A model generated the notes under the pieces. The model was not told where the DNA came from and did not search any database. It saw nothing but the letters and a program-made list of their open reading frames with translations. Made by a program: the position numbers and the translations under genes. Below are positions 58,950-64,000 of a stretch of 64,000 bases of DNA, piece after piece. Source of the stretch: Eledone cirrhosa (lineage: Eukaryota); NCBI GenBank assembly GCA_964016885.1, contig OZ024748.1, positions 22,816,001 through 22,880,000 on the forward strand, written 5' to 3'. Each line of letters starts with the position of its first letter. Position 1 is the first letter of the stretch.

Positions 58950-59345
58950 AAACTGACCAATACCCAGGTAAACCGACCAATAAACAGGTAAACTGACCAA
59001 GAAACAGGTAAACTGACCAAGAAACAGGTAAACTGACCAAGAAACAGGTAAACTGACTAAGAAACAGGTAAACCAACCAGTAAACAGGTAAACTGACCAC
59101 TATACAGGTAAACTGACCAATACACAGGTACAACAACCAATACACAGGTAAACTGACCAAGAAGCAGGTAAACCAACCAGTAAACAGGTAAACTGACCAC
59201 TATACAGGTAAATTGACCAACACACAGGTAAACTGACCATCACACAGGTAAACTGACCAATACACAGGTAAACTGACCACTATACAGGTAAACTGACCAA
59301 TACACAGGTAAACTGACCAACAACAAAGAGACAAACCGACCAATA
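58950..59345. repeat. 20-bp minisatellite, about 19 units
   Basis: ACAGGTAAACTGACCAA(GAA/TAC). Confidence 0.92.
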
Positions 59346-60479
59346 CGCTGGTTAATCTAAAACAATATAAACTCTACATAGAACATTTGTCCTTTATCAA
59401 CTGGAGTAGTTGTTTTCTGTTGCCAGTTATAATTTATTGCAATGACATCTTGTAGAGACATTGTCAAGCAACCAAAAGCAGGTATGGCGGTAGTTGAATA
59501 TCAAGAGAGTGGAGTTTACATGTTTAGTGTTCCACATCTAAACTAAGATTGTCAGAAGTAGTTTATGGGTTTTCAGACCTGTTCTTTGTTGTTGAGATTT
59601 TCTAATGTTCATGTTTTTTGCAATACACACACACATACACACATGCACACACACACATGCACCCACACCCACACACACCCACACACACACCCACACTTAC
59701 ACACCCACACGCACACACGCATATATAATGTATATATGTATATAAATGTGTATATATATATATATGTTATATATATGTATGTATGTATGTATATATGTAT
59801 ATATATATGTGTATATATACATATATGTATATGTATTTGTATATATATATGTATATATGTAAATATATATGTGTGTCTATATGTGTATGTATATATATAT
59901 ATTACTACAAATACATGTGATGTAACACGTGTGTTGATGTAATACATGTGATGTAATGTAAGAGCTGTTTATGATGTAATAATATTTCAATAGCCAGGAT
60001 GTAACGTGTGTGGTTTATTTGCTTTCACAGGTTGGTTGTGTCTGTTGTATATATTTCATTTACCAATATACAATCAAGGCTTATCACACTTTTTAACTGT
60101 CTGAGAATCATTTTGTTTATCCAAAGAGGGAACCTTTACGTGGTCGTTTGACATGTTAGAAATAGCCAACACATTCTCACAAACCACTTCCTACCATTTC
60201 AAAACAATATGAGACAAAATATGTAGTCACAGATATAATAAAAAATATCTGGATGGTCACGAATGCAACGCTTTTCATCACAGGAGAGCTGGCATGGGTA
60301 TAACAAATACTGGATAACATAGATATTTGTTAGAGAATTATTTTCCAAATTAGAAGATTAGTTGTTGGTAGTTATATCAAGATATCAATATAAGGAAAAC
60401 TCACTTCATAGATATAACAACCAGAAACACATACCAGATACCCGCAGTGAAACAGTTTCTCAAGGAGATCTAATAAGCC

Positions 60480-60775
60480 AGGGATCTTGGGTAATGACTG
60501 AAAAAAAAAGGAGCACGAATACAAATGGCCGAAACTGTTTTCCTCCAAAGGGTCTTTGGAGTAACATTATTAAATGCAGTGCGTACCTCGGTGCGCTCCA
60601 GGTAGAGCTGCTACTTCTGCGAATAGAGAGATCACAGCTCCGATACTATGGATATGAGGTTAGAATGTTTAAAGAAAGAATCACTAGTCAGATTTTACGG
60701 GCAAATCCAACCGACAGGAGACCCAGAGGTAGACCACGAACAAGATGGCTGGCTAACAGCCATAAGATTAGATTT
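60480..60775 (+). mobile_element. Degraded RTE-clade LINE fragment
   Basis: LLLRIERSQLRYYG..RM..ERI..RRPRGRPRTRW. Confidence 0.75.
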
Positions 60776-60997
60776 CAAGCAGTTAGTTACACAATCGTGT
60801 GTCACAATAATCACAATAATTTTATTTTCAACATTATGTTGACGTCTGCGGCATTGTCTTTTTTTAGCTTCGTCCCAAATCAATATGTCTGCTATGTTTC
60901 GCCTTTGTTTTGCAAGTTTATGTATGTATGTATGTATGTATGTATGTATGTATGTATGTATGTATGTATGTATGTATGTATGTATGTATGTATGTAT

Positions 60998-61570
60998 TCG
61001 GAACATTGGGTGTATCATCCACCAACGGCGTTTGCGATGGACCGGACACCTCTGCAGAATGGAGGATGATCGAATCCACAAACAACTTTTGTATGGCGAG
61101 CTTTGTAAGGGTAAGAGACCACCTCACAAGCCAAGGCTCCGATTCAAGGGTTGTGTAAAGGTAAAGGACTCATTTTAAAAACCTGGTTTGATGGTGGCTG
61201 ACTGGGAGATCTATCTCTTGAAAGAGAAACTTGGCGTGGAATGGTGAATGATGGGGTCCATAATTTTTTGGACAGACGTATAGAGCACGAGAAGATCAAA
61301 CGGGATGTGTGTAAGCAATGCCCTGGTGTATCTCTCGAAATGATCGGTGTCTCCATTGAATTGAAGTGTCCTGAGTATAGAAAAATTTGCTTGAGCAAAT
61401 CTGGTCTCAAGAGCCACAGTCGCAGCCATGTTCAAAGAGAACCAGTGAACTACGATCTCCACGGTATTGTGAAGGTTCACAGGCAACCTGATGCAAGACA
61501 GGGGTCAGGGAGATCCATAGTTGTCGTCAGTGTGCGAAGGAGGGCAAGTCTCTAGCAGGCTTGAAAAGCC
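60998..61570 (+). mobile_element. 3' end of an RTE/BovB-like LINE
   Basis: QRRLRWTGHLCRMEDDRIHKQLLYGEL..GKRP..KPRLRFK; C-terminal CP..RKICLSKSGLKSH.RSH. Confidence 0.85.
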
Positions 61571-61571
61571 A

Positions 61572-61638
<67 letters not shown>

Positions 61639-61658
61639 TTATCTATCTATCTATTTAT

Positions 61659-61713
<55 letters not shown>

Positions 61714-62306
61714 AATAATTGTGCTTGTGTGTTTCTTTCTCTTTCTCCTGCCTCATTACCTCATTGTACACCCCCCCCCCCCCACGCACACACATACACA
61801 CACACGCCCACAGAAGCACACACACACACACACGCCCACACAAGCACACACACACACATATACAGATACATATATTGGATCAGTTCACATCTGTTATACT
61901 ACCTCCCACCCCACCACGACAGCCACTATCATTGCATCAGTTCACATCTGTTCTGCTACCACGCCACCCCACCACGACAGCCACTGTTACACTACCCCCA
62001 CCCCACCACGACAGCCACCGTCATTGGATCACATCTGTTCTGCTGACACCCATCCCACCCCACCACAACAGTCACCGTCATTGGATCAGCTCACGTCTGT
62101 TACACAATTGATTTTTGTTGGCCGATCATTCTTAAAACTAGCAACGAGATGCAGAGGTTACCATGGCAATCAGCCTGTTGCAATGGAATCTGCAGTATTA
62201 CAGTTGCTTCTGTTTACTGCATCAAACTCTCCTACTGCATCTACTGGTTAACATGGCAGCTGTACTGCCATCTTTTGCAGCAGTAAAGTTACTTCCATTC
62301 ATCAAC

Positions 62307-62705
<399 letters not shown>

Positions 62706-62750
62706 TATGGTTGATGAATGGAAGTAACTTTACTGCTGCAAAAGATGGCA

Positions 62751-62820
<70 letters not shown>

Positions 62821-63206
62821 ATATATATATATATATATACATATATGTACATGTTTGTATGTATGTACATGTGTGTGTATGCATATACACACACAGACAC
62901 ACATATAAATGTGTATCTGTGTGTGTATATGCACACACGCACACACATACACAGACACACCCACACACACAGACACCCCCTCTCCACACACATTGTTTCA
63001 TTCAGAACATCGTTGGTTTACAGATTCCAATGAAAGTAATCTCTATATTCAGAGGTTAGAGTGTGTAATGTACTCTGTGATAGTTTATGTAGAATTACTT
63101 CCCTTTCGACTCTTTAAGAATTGAAACGAATTAATTCTGTTATATCTATCAATTTATCTATCTATATATCTATCTATCTATCCATCTATCTATCTATCTA
63201 TATATG

Positions 63207-63258
<52 letters not shown>

Positions 63259-63275
63259 CATCTATCTATCTATCT

Positions 63276-64000
63276 TGATAGAGTAAGACACGCTTCACAT
63301 CGGCTCCGCTATTCCATCGGGATTTACCCTTACTATTGTAAGTACCGGATAAATTTTTCAGTGCAACACATTTGGAACACTAACCCCTGTTATTTAGGGA
63401 AACATTTTTGCATTTACCCCCTTTTTAGGGGGTAAAATAAATATCTATTTTTGCCGAAAAATTTCTTTCTTGGCAGCATGGCGGAAAAGATGGCAGACAT
63501 GTCTGCCATTAGCTCTGCCACGCCCCCCAAGTCTGAAGAACAAAAAATAATTACAACAAAATTAGACAATGAAACAAACAAAGAAAATGAAAAAACAAAT
63601 GTTAAGGAAAATGAGCAAACGGAAAACAAACAAACAGAAAATAATACAAATAACAACAGGGCAACTTTCGCCCAGAAAACAAAACAATCCATTACATACA
63701 CACCAATTGACCTAACTGCCGCCAGAGAAAAACTGGCCGAAGCAAAGAAACACATTGTTTTGGGGGAGAACGGAATGTTTTCCATTAACTCCCCCCCAGA
63801 ATTCAAGAAAGAAAGAACAGAGAACACAGTTCTCTTCAGAACTATACTGAACCAGACAAGAAAGCCAGCACAGCCCAGCCAAATGGAAATAGAGTTAGTC
63901 CTAAAAGACTATATGAAGAATATTCTCTTCATACGAAAGGACCGACTCTATGGCAGCATTTCGGTCCTAACAAGAGACAAGGAAACGGCGGAGAAGCTTT
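63276..64000 (+). mobile_element. Probable 5' UTR and ORF1 start of a LINE (Tx1-like)
   Basis: Begins directly after (TCTA)n; A-rich sense strand; open frame to the window end. Confidence 0.55.
63478..64000 (+). CDS. Open reading frame running off the window (174 codons or more), putative LINE ORF1
   Basis: MAEKMADMSAISSATPPKSEEQ..ATFAQKTK..TVLFRT..EIELVLKDYMKNILFIRKDRLYGSISVL; no stop, so absent from the ORF track. Confidence 0.6.
   Translation, partial: MAEKMADMSAISSATPPKSEEQKIITTKLDNETNKENEKTNVKENEQTENKQTENNTNNNRATFAQKTKQSITYTPIDLTAAREKLAEAKKHIVLGENGMFSINSPPEFKKERTENTVLFRTILNQTRKPAQPSQMEIELVLKDYMKNILFIRKDRLYGSISVLTRDKETAEKL

Overview
AT-rich, repeat-saturated eukaryotic DNA. The SINE types and the microsatellite load resemble a cephalopod (Octopus-like) genome; this is an inference. 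No host protein-coding gene could be identified, and almost all ORFs in the track are microsatellite artefacts. Recognisable content: (i) Tx1/L1-clade LINE fragments ending in (TCTA)n, plus the probable 5' end/ORF1 of another LINE at the window end; (ii) a near full-length but disrupted R4/Dong-like restriction-endonuclease LINE and four 3' fragments, all lying in (TATG)n; (iii) RTE fragments, a Penelope GIY-YIG remnant, a DNA-transposase remnant, a MITE, about 20 tRNA-derived SINEs, many mini/microsatellites and a 1-kb inverted duplication. The main observation is a set of about 20 complete or partial type I hammerhead ribozyme motifs from roughly ten unrelated sequence families. Most sit in asymmetric fold-back (inverted) cassettes embedded in (TA)n. 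The arms always point outward and the short arm ends at a family-specific point. This looks like a (TA)n-targeting, ribozyme-bearing, Penelope-derived non-autonomous retroelement system.
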